A program made the translations under genes and the position numbers. Below the pieces are notes generated by a model. That model saw only the letters and a list, made by a program, of their open reading frames with translations. It was not told the DNA's origin and searched no databases. Positions 27,402-37,389 of a stretch of DNA of 64,000 bases are shown in pieces; position 1 is the stretch's first letter, and every line of letters begins with the position of its first letter. The DNA lies in the NCBI GenBank assembly GCA_021793215.1, contig JAJYTE010000009.1, positions 4,664-68,663 of the forward strand, in the 5' to 3' direction. Origin of the DNA: Bacillota bacterium. Its GTDB lineage: Bacteria > Bacillota > Sulfobacillia > JAJZYS01 > JAJYTV01.

Positions 27402-27938
27402 TTACACGAAAACGAGCAGGTGCATGAGGATGGGCGCGCCGGACGCCTCCACGCGAATCTCAAACAGGCTCGCCTTCGCCGATGCGCCAGCGAGCGCGGC
27501 GGTCGACTCGACGATCGCGGCCTGCATGTCGACGGTGGAGACGGGCGGAGCCGGCACGCCGGCAGGGGCGGCGAACCGCTCCAGCGCGGCGAGGTAGCGG
27601 GCAGCGACGATCATGCCGACCTCGCGGCAGGCGTCGAGCAGTCGTTCCTGCGGTGCGTCGCCCTCGCCGAGCAGATCGCCGACCCGGCGCGCGTCCTGCG
27701 GACGCAGAAGGAGCAAAAGGCACCCGGTCGCAGGTGCTCCCGCCGTGACGAGTACCCCGACCTCTGGCTCCTCCGGCGTTTTGGAGAACTCCTCGGCCTG
27801 CGCGATCGCCGGCAGACCGCGTCGAAGTTCGCGCGTGCGCACCGGCACGGCGAATAGATCCGTGAGCGCGTGGTCGAGATCCTGCAGGTCGTCGCGGCGC
27901 CCGGGGAGGAACGCGATGTCGGCCGTGCCGAGGACCAC
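27402..27938 (-). CDS. Orphan CheC-like protein (start uncertain)
   Basis: DACREVGMIVAARYLAAL and PVSTVDMQAAIV resemble CheC SALKEIGNILAGSYLNAL and VDMAGAIL. Confidence 0.6.
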   Translation of the reverse strand: MVLGTADIAFLPGRRDDLQDLDHALTDLFAVPVRTRELRRGLPAIAQAEEFSKTPEEPEVGVLVTAGAPATGCLLLLLRPQDARRVGDLLGEGDAPQERLLDACREVGMIVAARYLAALERFAAPAGVPAPPVSTVDMQAAIVESTAALAGASAKASLFEIRVEASGAPILMHLLVFV

Positions 27939-28041
27939 CCTTCGAAGCGCATCTGCGGAGAACTTACACTCGCCGCACGCGAATCCTGCCGAACGCCCCC
28001 GGGAACACGGGTGCGTTCGAGCCAACGAGGCATCCCGCCCC

Positions 28042-28980
28042 TCAGTTTCCTCCCGAGGCTCGCTGCGGCGCGACCTGCATGGAGAAGTAGGCGATGACGC
28101 CGAACAGCACCGTCATGAGCACGATGTGGATCATCACCGAACCGAGGGTGATGCCCGTTGAGACGAGGTACCAGCCGGAGAGCGCCTGCAGCAGGATCAG
28201 CACGAGCCCCCAGCGCGACGCGGCCCGCAGGTCCGGGCGCCCCTCGAGGCGCCGCGCCCAAAGGTAGATCCAAAGGAGCAGCAGCATGGCCACAAGCGCT
28301 GCGACGCGGTGCAGGTAGGGGATCCAGAGCTGGCCCTGCAGATGTGGCACGAGCGATCCCTGGCAGAGCGGCCAGGCGCCGCACATCAGGCCCGTATCGG
28401 TGTGCGCCACGAGCGCGCCCAGGTAGACGAGGCCGATGAAGTAGGCGCCGGTGATCCAGACGAGCAGAGAGAAGCTGCTCGGCACGCGGCGGGCGCGCCA
28501 CGTCCAGTCACGCTCGCCCGATGGTCCCTGCTGCGCCGCCTGGTGCAGGCGCACGTCGAGGAGCAGGGTTCCGGCGAACGCGACGAGCGAGATGCCGAAG
28601 TGGGTCGCAAGGATGAACGGCGACGTGGGGAAGAGCACCGCTTCCGCGCCCAGCAGCGCCTGCACGTAGGTGAAGACGAGCATCACGATCGCGGCGACCT
28701 TCACCTCGGGCGCACGGCGCAGCGCCCGCCAAGCCCAGATGGCGAGCCAAAGCACCAGGATGCCCTCGATGCTCGAGATGAAGCGATGCCCGTACTCGAC
28801 GAACCCGTGCAGATCGAAGGGCGGCGTGAAGTTGCCGTCGCACAGCGGCCAGTGGCGACCGCAGCCCTGGGCCGAACCCGTCTCGGTGACGAGGAAGCCG
28901 GCCATCAGCACGACGAACATCACGATGTTGGTCAGGCGGGCGAGCCAGAGGAGTCCTCTCGTCGGGGGTTTTGACTGCAT
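28042..28980 (-). CDS. ctaA: Heme A synthase
   Basis: GCGRHWPLC, EYGHR, CGAWPLC, YLHR, two further His residues. Confidence 0.92.
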   Translation of the reverse strand: MQSKPPTRGLLWLARLTNIVMFVVLMAGFLVTETGSAQGCGRHWPLCDGNFTPPFDLHGFVEYGHRFISSIEGILVLWLAIWAWRALRRAPEVKVAAIVMLVFTYVQALLGAEAVLFPTSPFILATHFGISLVAFAGTLLLDVRLHQAAQQGPSGERDWTWRARRVPSSFSLLVWITGAYFIGLVYLGALVAHTDTGLMCGAWPLCQGSLVPHLQGQLWIPYLHRVAALVAMLLLLWIYLWARRLEGRPDLRAASRWGLVLILLQALSGWYLVSTGITLGSVMIHIVLMTVLFGVIAYFSMQVAPQRASGGN

Positions 28981-28981
28981 G

Positions 28982-29434
28982 TCAGTGGCCCAGGATCGCC
29001 CGCATGATGTTGGTCGTCGGACCCGGCGGGAAGACGATGTAGAGCATCAGGAAGACTGTGAGGCCCATGCCGGCCGCGACGAACCAGGAGACGGCGGTCC
29101 AGGGCGCGATGCGCCGATGCTTCGCGAAGTTCTCGCGCAGCGCGTAGCGCAGCGTGATGATGCCCAGCACGGCCGCGGCCGTCGCAAGGATCGTGTGGAT
29201 CTGCAGGAAGGTGAGGTAGGGCACGCGCCAGCCTGCGGGACCACCGAAGCTCGTGTCACCGACAAGGAACGTGTGCAACGCGTAGCTGACGAAGAAGGCC
29301 GCCGCGAGGTAGGCCCCGGTCAGCATGTAGCGCCGGTGGACGGCGCGTCGCCCTCGGCGGATGTTGTACCAGCCGAGGGCGACGCTGACGGCGCTGAGCA
29401 GCATGAACGTCTCGTTTAGGTATGCGATCCCCAA
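28982..29434 (-). CDS. DUF420 protein (oxidase assembly associated)
   Basis: HRRYM, FFVSY, IHTILA, HRRIAPWT. Confidence 0.88.
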   Translation of the reverse strand: MGIAYLNETFMLLSAVSVALGWYNIRRGRRAVHRRYMLTGAYLAAAFFVSYALHTFLVGDTSFGGPAGWRVPYLTFLQIHTILATAAAVLGIITLRYALRENFAKHRRIAPWTAVSWFVAAGMGLTVFLMLYIVFPPGPTTNIMRAILGH

Positions 29435-29484
29435 GCCGGACCCTCCTCAGGAGATGTCCCAGGTGCGCTGGTCAGAGGGTACTG

Positions 29485-30399
29485 CTAGAACGACCGCACG
29501 TTCAAGACCATCGCCGCGAACAGCACGGTGAGGTAGAGGAGCGAGTAGCCGAACGTTCGCCGGGCGAGTTGGGTGCTCGGCGCGTGTTCGCGCAGCAGCA
29601 GGACCGTCATCACCAGGAAGCCGACCGAGAGTGCGACGGCGACGCCGAGGTAGATGACACCGACGACGCCCGTGAAGTAGAGGGCGACCGATGCGGCCAA
29701 AAGGAGCACGGTGTAGGAGATCATCTGCAGCTTCGTCGAGCGCTCGCCGCGCACGACGGGCATCATCGGCACGCCGGCGCGCCGGTAGTCGTCCTGGCGG
29801 TAGAGCGCGAGCGACCAGAAGTGCGGTGGCGTCCAGAAGAAGACGATCAGGAACATCAGCACCGCGGCGACCCCGACCTGGCCGGTGACAGCCGCCCATC
29901 CGATCAGGGGAGGGAAGGCGCCGGCGCCGCCGCCGATCACGATGTTCTGCGGCGTCGAACGCTTGAGCCACATCGTGTAGACGAGGACGTAGTAGAGGAA
30001 TCCGCCCAGAGCGAGCAGCGCCGTGAGCAGGTTGACCGTCACGAGGAGCAGCACGAGCGACACGGCCATTAAGGAGATGCCGAGCACAAGCGAGCGCCCG
30101 GCAGGGACCCTGCCCTGCGGCACCGGGCGGTCGCTGGTGCGGGCCATGACGGCGTCGATGTCCTGGTCGTACCACATGTTCACCGCATGGGCGCCGCCGG
30201 CGGAGAGCGCGAGGCCCAAGAGCGTGTACAGCGACAGGAAGAAGGGCGGCAGTCCGTGCGCCGCGACGACCATCGCGCAGTACGCGGTGATCACGAGCAG
30301 CAGGATGATGCGGGGCTTGAGTAGCTGCACGTAGTCGCCGAGGGAGGCAGTCGTCGCCCGGGCGGCAACCTTCGCTTGGATGGGCATTGGATTCGCCAT
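29485..30399 (-). CDS. ctaB: Protoheme IX farnesyltransferase
   Basis: LLKPRI, DQDIDAVMARTSDRP, YTMWLKRSTPQNIVIGG, FWTPPHFW. Confidence 0.96.
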   Translation of the reverse strand: MANPMPIQAKVAARATTASLGDYVQLLKPRIILLLVITAYCAMVVAAHGLPPFFLSLYTLLGLALSAGGAHAVNMWYDQDIDAVMARTSDRPVPQGRVPAGRSLVLGISLMAVSLVLLLVTVNLLTALLALGGFLYYVLVYTMWLKRSTPQNIVIGGGAGAFPPLIGWAAVTGQVGVAAVLMFLIVFFWTPPHFWSLALYRQDDYRRAGVPMMPVVRGERSTKLQMISYTVLLLAASVALYFTGVVGVIYLGVAVALSVGFLVMTVLLLREHAPSTQLARRTFGYSLLYLTVLFAAMVLNVRSF

Positions 30400-30501
30400 G
30401 TCAGGACAACTCCCGCTCTAGACTCGGGTCCAGTGCGCAGCCGCGCGCTCGCGCAGGCTCCTATACCGAAGGTTGGTGCAGAGGGCCTGGCGACGCCGCC
30501 G

Positions 30502-30819
30502 TCACGCCCACTGCTGGATCAGGATCATCAGCGACGTCGCGAAGAGGATCGCGATGCTCGCGCCACCGAGGAAGAAGACGGTGTAGAGGCTGCGGCTGCC
30601 GCGCAGGTGCATGTAGAGGAACGCCTGCAGGGCGACCTGGACGACGGCCATCGCCCCGAGCAGCGGCAGGAGGAGACTGGTCGCGACGTGGATCTCGACG
30701 AGGAACACCGCGATCAGCGTGAGGATCAGCATCGCGGCGCCGATCCCCACGTAGAGGGGCGTGCGTGACGCCTGGGCCTGCTGCGCCTCCTCGGTCGGTG
30801 CGTGCGTGTGCATGCTCAT
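30502..30819 (-). CDS. ctaF: Cytochrome c oxidase subunit IV
   Basis: Three TM helices, QAFLYMHL; follows ctaE. Confidence 0.85.
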   Translation of the reverse strand: MSMHTHAPTEEAQQAQASRTPLYVGIGAAMLILTLIAVFLVEIHVATSLLLPLLGAMAVVQVALQAFLYMHLRGSRSLYTVFFLGGASIAILFATSLMILIQQWA

Positions 30820-30821
30820 GG

Positions 30822-31436
30822 TCAGCCCACCTTCCCGGCGAGGTAGACGAGGGTGAAGAGTACGACCCAGACGACGTCGACGAAGTGCCAGTAGAGGCTC
30901 ATCACGAAGACCTTCGAGGTGCGCTCCTCGTTGATGCCGTGCTTCACCGACTGGAAGAGGAGCAGAAGGATCCAGAAGACGCCGAACAGGACGTGCAACC
31001 CGTGGAAGCCGGTGAGCGTGAAGAACGCAGATCCGAAGGCGCTCGTGTGCAGGGTGAGGCCGGAGTTGTAGAACGTGTAGAACTCGTAGCCCTGGAACTC
31101 GAGGAAGAAGAGGCCCAGAAGCGCCGTGATCCAGAGCCAGATCTGCATGCCGCGCGCGTCGCGGCGCTGCATCGCCTGCACGCCGAGCACCACGGTGAGC
31201 GAGCTCGAGAGCAGGATCAGCGTCGCGATCGTCGTCAGCGGCAGGTCGAAGATCTGCTGGCCAGTGGGACCGTGCAGCGTCGCGGTGTGCAGCCCAAGGT
31301 ACGTCCCGATCAGGGAGGCGAAGAACGCACACTCGCCGGCGAGGAAGACCCAGAGGCCAAGGACCCTATTGTCCTTCGGCAGCTGCAGCTCGGTCGCGGG
31401 CGCGGCGTGCACCGCGACGTGGGTTTGGGTGCTCAC
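30822..31436 (-). CDS. ctaE: Cytochrome c oxidase subunit III
   Basis: GLWVFLAGE, FFTLTGFHGLHV, YWHFVDVVW. Confidence 0.95.
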   Translation of the reverse strand: MSTQTHVAVHAAPATELQLPKDNRVLGLWVFLAGECAFFASLIGTYLGLHTATLHGPTGQQIFDLPLTTIATLILLSSSLTVVLGVQAMQRRDARGMQIWLWITALLGLFFLEFQGYEFYTFYNSGLTLHTSAFGSAFFTLTGFHGLHVLFGVFWILLLLFQSVKHGINEERTSKVFVMSLYWHFVDVVWVVLFTLVYLAGKVG

Positions 31437-33292
31437 TGCGCCTCACCTCCGACGTGCGGTGTGACGTGGAAGCCGTGGTCCTCCGCGAGCAGCGCCCGTC
31501 CGATCTGGACGAAGGTCAGCAGGAGGAAGAGACCGCCGATGATCGTCGAGTGCAGCACCGCCCCGTAGCCTGCGAGCACGATCGTGAGGGCGATGCCGAG
31601 CGGGGCGAGCGAAGGCGAGGGCATGTGGATCGGTCCGGCCGGCTCAGCCGGCTGCAGCTTGCCGTCGCCCTCCCGCTTCTCGAGCCAGTAGGCGTCGCGC
31701 CCACGGACGAGCGGGGTCTGCGCGAAGTTGTACTCCGGGGCAGGCGACGTGAGCGACCATTCGAGTGCGCGGCCGTCCCACGGGTCGGCGGGGGCGTCCG
31801 CCGGGTGCAGGAAGGTCTGGATGAGGTTGTAGAGCAGGATCAGCATGCCGGCCAGCAGGATGAACGCTCCGATCGTGGAGATCTGGTTCCAGATCGTCCA
31901 GCCGTTGCCGGGGGCGTAGGTCGAGATGCGTCGTGGCATCCCGAGGAGTCCAGAGATGTGCATCGGGAAGAACGTCACGTTGAACCCGATGAACACGAGC
32001 CAGAAGTTCCACTTGCCGAGTTTCTCGTTCAGCATGCGTCCCCACATCTTCGGGAACCAGTAGTAGAGCGCTGCGAGCGCGCCCATCAGGGTGCCGCCGA
32101 ACAGCACGTAGTGGAAGTGGGCGACGACGAAGTAGCTGTCGTTGTACTGCAGGTCGGCCGGCGCCATCGCGAGCATGATGCCGCTGACGCCGCCGATCAC
32201 GAACAGCGGGATGAAGCTCAGTGCGTAGAGCATCGCGCTCGTGAAGTGGATCTTGCCACCCCACAGCGTCGCCAGCCAGTTGAAGATCTTGATGCCGGTC
32301 GGCACCGCGATCAGCATCGAGGTAATCGCGAAGAGCGAGTTGACCACGGGGCCGAGACCGTCGGCGAACATGTGGTGCGTCCAGACCATGAAGGAGAGGA
32401 ACGCGATCACCGAGAGCGCCATCGCCATCGACTCGTAGCCGAAGAGGACCTTCTTGGCGAAGACTGGGATGATCTCGGAGATGATCCCGAAGGCCGGCAG
32501 GATGACGATGTAGACCTCCGGATGCCCGAAGATCCAGAAGAGGTTCTGCCACAAGAGAGCGCTGCCGCCGTTGCCGACGACGAAGAAGTTCGCGCCGAAC
32601 AGGCGGTCGAACATCTGAAGGATCAGGTTGACGGTGATCGGCGGGAAGGCGAAGAGGATCAGCAGCATCGTGATCAGCGCGGACCAGGTGAAGAGCGGCA
32701 TCCGAAGGAGCCGCATGCCCGGGGCCCGCATGTTGAGGATCGTTACGAGGAAGTTGATGCCGGTCATCAGCGTGCCGAAGCCGCTGATCTGCAGCCCGAT
32801 GTCGTAGAAGTCGACGCCGAGCCCCTTGCTGAAGGCGAGTTCCGACAGCGGCGCGTTGTTGAACCAGCCGGCGTCCGGCATCGACCCGAAGAGGAAGCTC
32901 GAGTAGAGGAAGAGACCGCCCAACACGAACAGCCAGAGCGAGAGGGCGTTCATGCGGGGGAAGGCGACGTCGCGCGCTCCGATCTGCAGCGGGACGATCG
33001 CGTTGATGAAGCCGATCAGGATCGGCATGGCGACGAGGAAGATCATCGTGACACCGTGCATGGTGAACAGCTGGTTGAACGTCTCGGCCGAGACGACGTG
33101 GCTGTTCGGAGCCCACAGCTGCAGGCGGATGATCAGCGCCTCCGCGCCGCCGAAGGCCATGAAGAAGAGGCCGGCGAGGATGTACATGATGCCGATCCGC
33201 TTGTGGTCGACGGTCGCGAGCCAGGACCAGATGCCGGTGTAGGTGCGGCTCTCGCTGTGGACAGCGACGAGCCGCTCGGGGATTGCCGCCAT
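31433..33292 (-). CDS. ctaD: Cytochrome c oxidase subunit I (type A1)
   Basis: DHKRIG, TMHG, GHPEVY, WTHH, AHFHY. Confidence 0.98.
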   Translation of the reverse strand: MAAIPERLVAVHSESRTYTGIWSWLATVDHKRIGIMYILAGLFFMAFGGAEALIIRLQLWAPNSHVVSAETFNQLFTMHGVTMIFLVAMPILIGFINAIVPLQIGARDVAFPRMNALSLWLFVLGGLFLYSSFLFGSMPDAGWFNNAPLSELAFSKGLGVDFYDIGLQISGFGTLMTGINFLVTILNMRAPGMRLLRMPLFTWSALITMLLILFAFPPITVNLILQMFDRLFGANFFVVGNGGSALLWQNLFWIFGHPEVYIVILPAFGIISEIIPVFAKKVLFGYESMAMALSVIAFLSFMVWTHHMFADGLGPVVNSLFAITSMLIAVPTGIKIFNWLATLWGGKIHFTSAMLYALSFIPLFVIGGVSGIMLAMAPADLQYNDSYFVVAHFHYVLFGGTLMGALAALYYWFPKMWGRMLNEKLGKWNFWLVFIGFNVTFFPMHISGLLGMPRRISTYAPGNGWTIWNQISTIGAFILLAGMLILLYNLIQTFLHPADAPADPWDGRALEWSLTSPAPEYNFAQTPLVRGRDAYWLEKREGDGKLQPAEPAGPIHMPSPSLAPLGIALTIVLAGYGAVLHSTIIGGLFLLLTFVQIGRALLAEDHGFHVTPHVGGEAQ

Positions 33293-33311
33293 ACGCTCCT
33301 CCTCCTCGTGC

Positions 33312-34319
33312 CTACTTGAGGGTTTCCAGGAAGGCCACGAGCGACTGGATCTGGGTCTGTGACAGGTTGAGGTTCGGCATCAGGGCTCCTGGCTTGACCC
33401 CAGGCGGATTGTGCAGCCACTTCGCGAGGTTCGCCGGCGTGTTCGTCAGCGTGCCAGCCGCGATCGTCGGACGCGTCATCAACTCGGTGAGGTTCGGGCC
33501 GACCTTGCCGTTGAACGACGTGCCGCCGACTGTGTGGCATGTCGAGCAGTCCTGCTTGAAGAGGGCCATGCCGGCCTTCTGCTCAGACGTCGTCACGCTC
33601 ACCGTCGGGTGCTGCATCGCGGAGACCCACGCCTGGTAAGCCGCCGGGGTCTGCACGACCACCTCGAACTTCATGTAGGCGTGGCCCGGTCCGCACAGCT
33701 GCGCACACTGGCCGTAGAACGTACCCGTCTTGCTCGCCTCGAGAAGGAGGTGGTTGACGCGGCCTGGGATCAGGTCCGTCTTGCCGCCGAGTTCCGGCAC
33801 CCAGAAGGAGTGGATGACGTCCGCGGATGTGAGCACGAAGTTGATCTTCGTGTTGACCGGGATGTGCACGATGTTGGCCGTCGTGACCTTGCTTCCCGGG
33901 TAGTCGAACTCCCACCAGTACTGGTGGCCGACGACGTCGACCTTCATCGCCGTCGCCGGCGCCTGGAACGCGAACGAGTAGTGCACCGTCGGGATCGCGA
34001 GGAACACGAGGAGGATGATCGGGATGATCGTCCATACAATCTCGAGCGTCGTGTTGCCGTGCACCTGCTTCGGCAGTTCGTTGTCACCCGGCCGCGCGCG
34101 GAAGCGGATGATCGAGTAGAGGAAGACGGCTGCCACCACGATGAAGATTCCAGTCATGATCGCGAGAGATTCCCAGAACATGCCGAGCTGCGCGCTGGCC
34201 ACGGGACCGGCCGGCGAAAGAGTGGACTGCTTGCCGAGCCCGCAGCCACTGAGGAGTGCCGCCGCCGAAAGCGCCAGGAGAGGGAGTGTTACCCGAAAGC
34301 CGCGCTGCGTCCACCTCAA
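33312..34319 (-). CDS. ctaC: Cytochrome c oxidase subunit II with fused cytochrome c (caa3)
   Basis: Lipobox LLSGC; DVIHSFW; CAQLCGPGHAYM; CSTCH. Confidence 0.95.
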   Translation of the reverse strand: MRWTQRGFRVTLPLLALSAAALLSGCGLGKQSTLSPAGPVASAQLGMFWESLAIMTGIFIVVAAVFLYSIIRFRARPGDNELPKQVHGNTTLEIVWTIIPIILLVFLAIPTVHYSFAFQAPATAMKVDVVGHQYWWEFDYPGSKVTTANIVHIPVNTKINFVLTSADVIHSFWVPELGGKTDLIPGRVNHLLLEASKTGTFYGQCAQLCGPGHAYMKFEVVVQTPAAYQAWVSAMQHPTVSVTTSEQKAGMALFKQDCSTCHTVGGTSFNGKVGPNLTELMTRPTIAAGTLTNTPANLAKWLHNPPGVKPGALMPNLNLSQTQIQSLVAFLETLK

Positions 34320-34613
34320 ATGGTCCCGCCCTCCGATCTTCAGCAGGCTTCACCCGGTTCAGGACAGTGATCGGTGCTTACGCGGGCCGTCCACATGGCC
34401 CTGAGCCCACGTCCATTGGACCTTGGCCAGATGGCGCCATTTGTTCTTCGCAAGGATACCGAAAAAGAGCCGGATTGCCAAGTGAAACGGTCACCAGCAG
34501 TATTGAAACGAAGGAAGGGGAACAAGTGCGCGCCTGGGATCCCAGGTGACGCGCGCGCAGAGGCGCAGCGCCAATCGCACAATGGCCGCGACGCGCTCAG
34601 GAGGTGGTCAAAG

Positions 34614-35429
34614 ATGCCTGACTGGCCGATCCATCCCGCCCTCGGCGCGGCGCCGGACGCGCTCGCGCTGACCCGAGGAGACGACGTGCAGCTGCCGCAG
34701 CCCCAAAGCCCGCTGCACGCCGCATGGCTTGAGGAGGCGCGAACGCTGCGTGAAGCGCCGCCTGTCCCCCTGCCGCTCGAGGATGCGCCACGCCTGGAAC
34801 GGGCGCTGCGCGCCGAGGTCGGCGGGCTTGGCGCGGCGCGCATCGTCGGCGTGTACGGCGCCGCAGGAAGCGGGCGCACGAGCGTCCTGCTCGGCCTCGC
34901 CAAGGCGTTCGGGCGGCGGGGAGACCGCGTGGCGCTGCTCGACGCCGACGTCGCCGCACCGTCCTTGCGCCGCAGGCTCGGCGGCGAGGATCCCCCGATC
35001 GTCGTGGAGGGCCTCGTGTTGCCATACGTCGTGGCGGACATGAGGATGCAGGGCATCGACGCGTTCTGGCCGCTGCCGGGTCCCCTTCCCTGGCAGGGCG
35101 GGGAACTGCGTCGCGTGCTCGAGCGTTTCCGCGAGGATGTGCTGTGGGCCCAACCGGACGTTCTGCTGGTCGACATGCCGCCGCTCGGCGATCCGCGTCT
35201 TGGCGAGGTCGCCTCCTGCTTCGACGGCGCGTTCGTTCATGTGATGGGGCCCTTTGAGACAGCCGTCGAGGGGCCGCGCGCGGCGTGCACGGTGCGCAAC
35301 GGGGCGCGGGGCGCCGCCGACGCCCTCTTGCCTTACGTCGAGACGGAGGACTTGTCTGAGACTTTCTCCACGCGGCTTTTCGACCTGACGTCGCGGCTCG
35401 GGGAGAAGGGATCCTCGAGCTCGAGCTGA
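34614..35429 (+). CDS. Divergent Mrp/ApbC-like P-loop protein
   Basis: GAAGSGRTS, ALLDADVAAPS, WAQPDVLLVDMPP. Confidence 0.7.
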   Translation: MPDWPIHPALGAAPDALALTRGDDVQLPQPQSPLHAAWLEEARTLREAPPVPLPLEDAPRLERALRAEVGGLGAARIVGVYGAAGSGRTSVLLGLAKAFGRRGDRVALLDADVAAPSLRRRLGGEDPPIVVEGLVLPYVVADMRMQGIDAFWPLPGPLPWQGGELRRVLERFREDVLWAQPDVLLVDMPPLGDPRLGEVASCFDGAFVHVMGPFETAVEGPRAACTVRNGARGAADALLPYVETEDLSETFSTRLFDLTSRLGEKGSSSSS

Positions 35430-36568
35430 CCTCGGCGCGCCGCGAGCCGACCCCGCGCGTACACCTCCGCCACCGAGAGGTCGTCGTCGAGCGCGACGAG
35501 GTCGGCCGCTCCGCCGACCTCGATGCGTCCGGCGCCTTTCATGCCGAGCGCATTCGCCACGTTGCGCGTCACGGCGGGCAGGGCCCGCTCGAGTGGCACG
35601 TGCTGCTCGAGCACCGCGCGGCGCAGCGCCCAGTGCAGGCGCCCCGGAGCACCCACGCCGATGCCCACGAGCCGACCTTTGTCGTCGAACACCGGCGAGG
35701 AGCCGTTCCCGTCGGAGCTCATCGTGACGCGGGCGGCATCGCCCTCCCGCAGCACGTGCGCCAGCGCCTCGGCGGGATCGACGGGCCTTTGGTCGCCAGG
35801 TGCGGGGAAGATGTCGGCCGTGAGGTCGGCGTAGGCGCCGCGGCGCGTTAGGTCGGGCGCCTCCGCGAGGAGGTCCGGGTTACGGTTGAGGTGGGTCGCG
35901 GAGAAGAGGTCGTTCGGCAGCGCGCTCCGCCGCAGCAGCGCGTGCAGCGAGGCGAGACGGCGCACGCCGTCTCCGACGTGCATGTGGAGCAGGCCCTTCT
36001 TGCCGGCGAGAAGCGCGCCGACCCGCACCTCGGACGCGATCTCCAGGAGGTCGCGTCCGGTCGGGTGGCTGCCCCGGTCGTCCGCGATCGCGATCTCGCC
36101 AGCGCCGAGCACCTCGGGGATGAAGACGAGGTCGGAGCGCACGCTGCCGGTGAGCGTGCGGGTCGGCAGCTCGTACGCCCCGGTCAGTATGAAGGCCGAG
36201 AGCCCGAGCGCCGTGAGGCGCCGTGCCTCGGCGAGCAGCTCCGCGATGGAGCGCGTGACGGCGTCCGTTCCCAGGAGGCCGACGACGCGCGTCGTGCCGT
36301 GGGGCGCGAGGGCCTGCATCTGCACCGGCGACGTCCGATGCTGGAAGCCGCCCTCGCCGCCGCCGCCCGCGATGTGGACGTGGGCGTCGATGAAGCCCGG
36401 CACCAGCGTCAGCCCATGAAGCCTGTGCACGTCGAGCCCTGGCAGGCTGCGGCTCGTCAGGACGATGCGCGGCGCGATCCGGGCGATGCGGTCGCCCGCG
36501 ATCAGAACGTCCTTCCTCCCCAGCGGCTCGGGCGCGTAGACCTCGGCGCCGCGCAGCAGCAGGAACAC
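35333..36568 (-). CDS. iadA: Isoaspartyl dipeptidase (beta-aspartyl peptidase)
   Basis: PGFIDAHVHIAGGGGEGG, GLLGTD, GEIAIADDR, SSDGNGS. Confidence 0.92.
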   Translation of the reverse strand: MFLLLRGAEVYAPEPLGRKDVLIAGDRIARIAPRIVLTSRSLPGLDVHRLHGLTLVPGFIDAHVHIAGGGGEGGFQHRTSPVQMQALAPHGTTRVVGLLGTDAVTRSIAELLAEARRLTALGLSAFILTGAYELPTRTLTGSVRSDLVFIPEVLGAGEIAIADDRGSHPTGRDLLEIASEVRVGALLAGKKGLLHMHVGDGVRRLASLHALLRRSALPNDLFSATHLNRNPDLLAEAPDLTRRGAYADLTADIFPAPGDQRPVDPAEALAHVLREGDAARVTMSSDGNGSSPVFDDKGRLVGIGVGAPGRLHWALRRAVLEQHVPLERALPAVTRNVANALGMKGAGRIEVGGAADLVALDDDLSVAEVYARGRLAARRGQLELEDPFSPSRDVRSKSRVEKVSDKSSVST

Positions 36569-36678
36569 GGAACGCACCTCCACAGGCGCAGTCTGCCCCC
36601 GGTGCGACATGCCGACGCGCCCGATCGGTGGTATCATTGACGACAAGGGATTCAGGCGGGTTTCGGGGAGGGACGGAC

Positions 36679-37389
36679 GTGGGACTGATGTCTCGCATGT
36701 CGACGATCTTCAAGTCGAAGGTCAACTCGGCACTGGACTCGGTTGAGGATCCGCGCCAGACACTCGACTACTCGTACGAGCGGCAGATGGAACTGCTGCA
36801 GAAGGTCAAGCGCAGCCTCGCGGACGCGGTTACCTCGCGCAAGCAGATCGAACTGCAGAAGGTGCGCCTGGAGAGCGACGCCCAGAAGTACCAGACGGAG
36901 GCGGAGGCGGCCCTGAAGGCGGGCCGCGAGGACCTGGCGCGCGAGGCGCTCGAGCGCAAGCAGTCGCTCCTGGCCCAGGGCCAGGGGCTTGACGCGCAGA
37001 TCGCCGACCTGCAGCAGCAGGAGGGCAAGATGGCGGAGACGGCGCGCCGTCTCGAGACGAAGATCGCCTCCTTCCGGGCGCAAAAGGAGGTTCTTAAGGC
37101 GCAGTACACGACCGCGCAGGCGCAGGTCAAGATGGGCGAGGCCACGACCGGCATCTCCGAGGAGATGGCCGACGTCGGCCTCGCGGTGCAGCGGGCCCAG
37201 GACAAGACGGAGCGCATGCGCGCCCGCGCCATGGCGATCGACGAGCTGCAGGACAAGGGAGTGCTGGAGGACGCGATGGCGCCGGGGCAGGACCCGATCG
37301 AGCGCGAACTGCAGAAGACGCAGCAGAGTGCGCAGGTCGACGCGGACCTCGCGGCGCTGAAGGCGAAGATCGGGGGCGACGGGAAGTGA
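36679..37389 (+). CDS. pspA: PspA/IM30-family protein
   Basis: MGLMSRM..EDPRQTLDYSYE; long coiled coil; AGREDLAREAL. Confidence 0.93.
   Translation: MGLMSRMSTIFKSKVNSALDSVEDPRQTLDYSYERQMELLQKVKRSLADAVTSRKQIELQKVRLESDAQKYQTEAEAALKAGREDLAREALERKQSLLAQGQGLDAQIADLQQQEGKMAETARRLETKIASFRAQKEVLKAQYTTAQAQVKMGEATTGISEEMADVGLAVQRAQDKTERMRARAMAIDELQDKGVLEDAMAPGQDPIERELQKTQQSAQVDADLAALKAKIGGDGK

Noticed and set aside
34484-34496. GTGA-N5-TCAC in the ctaC/mrp intergenic region as an Fnr/CRP site
   Set aside because: Spacer is one base short of TGTGA-N6-TCACA and the flanks do not match
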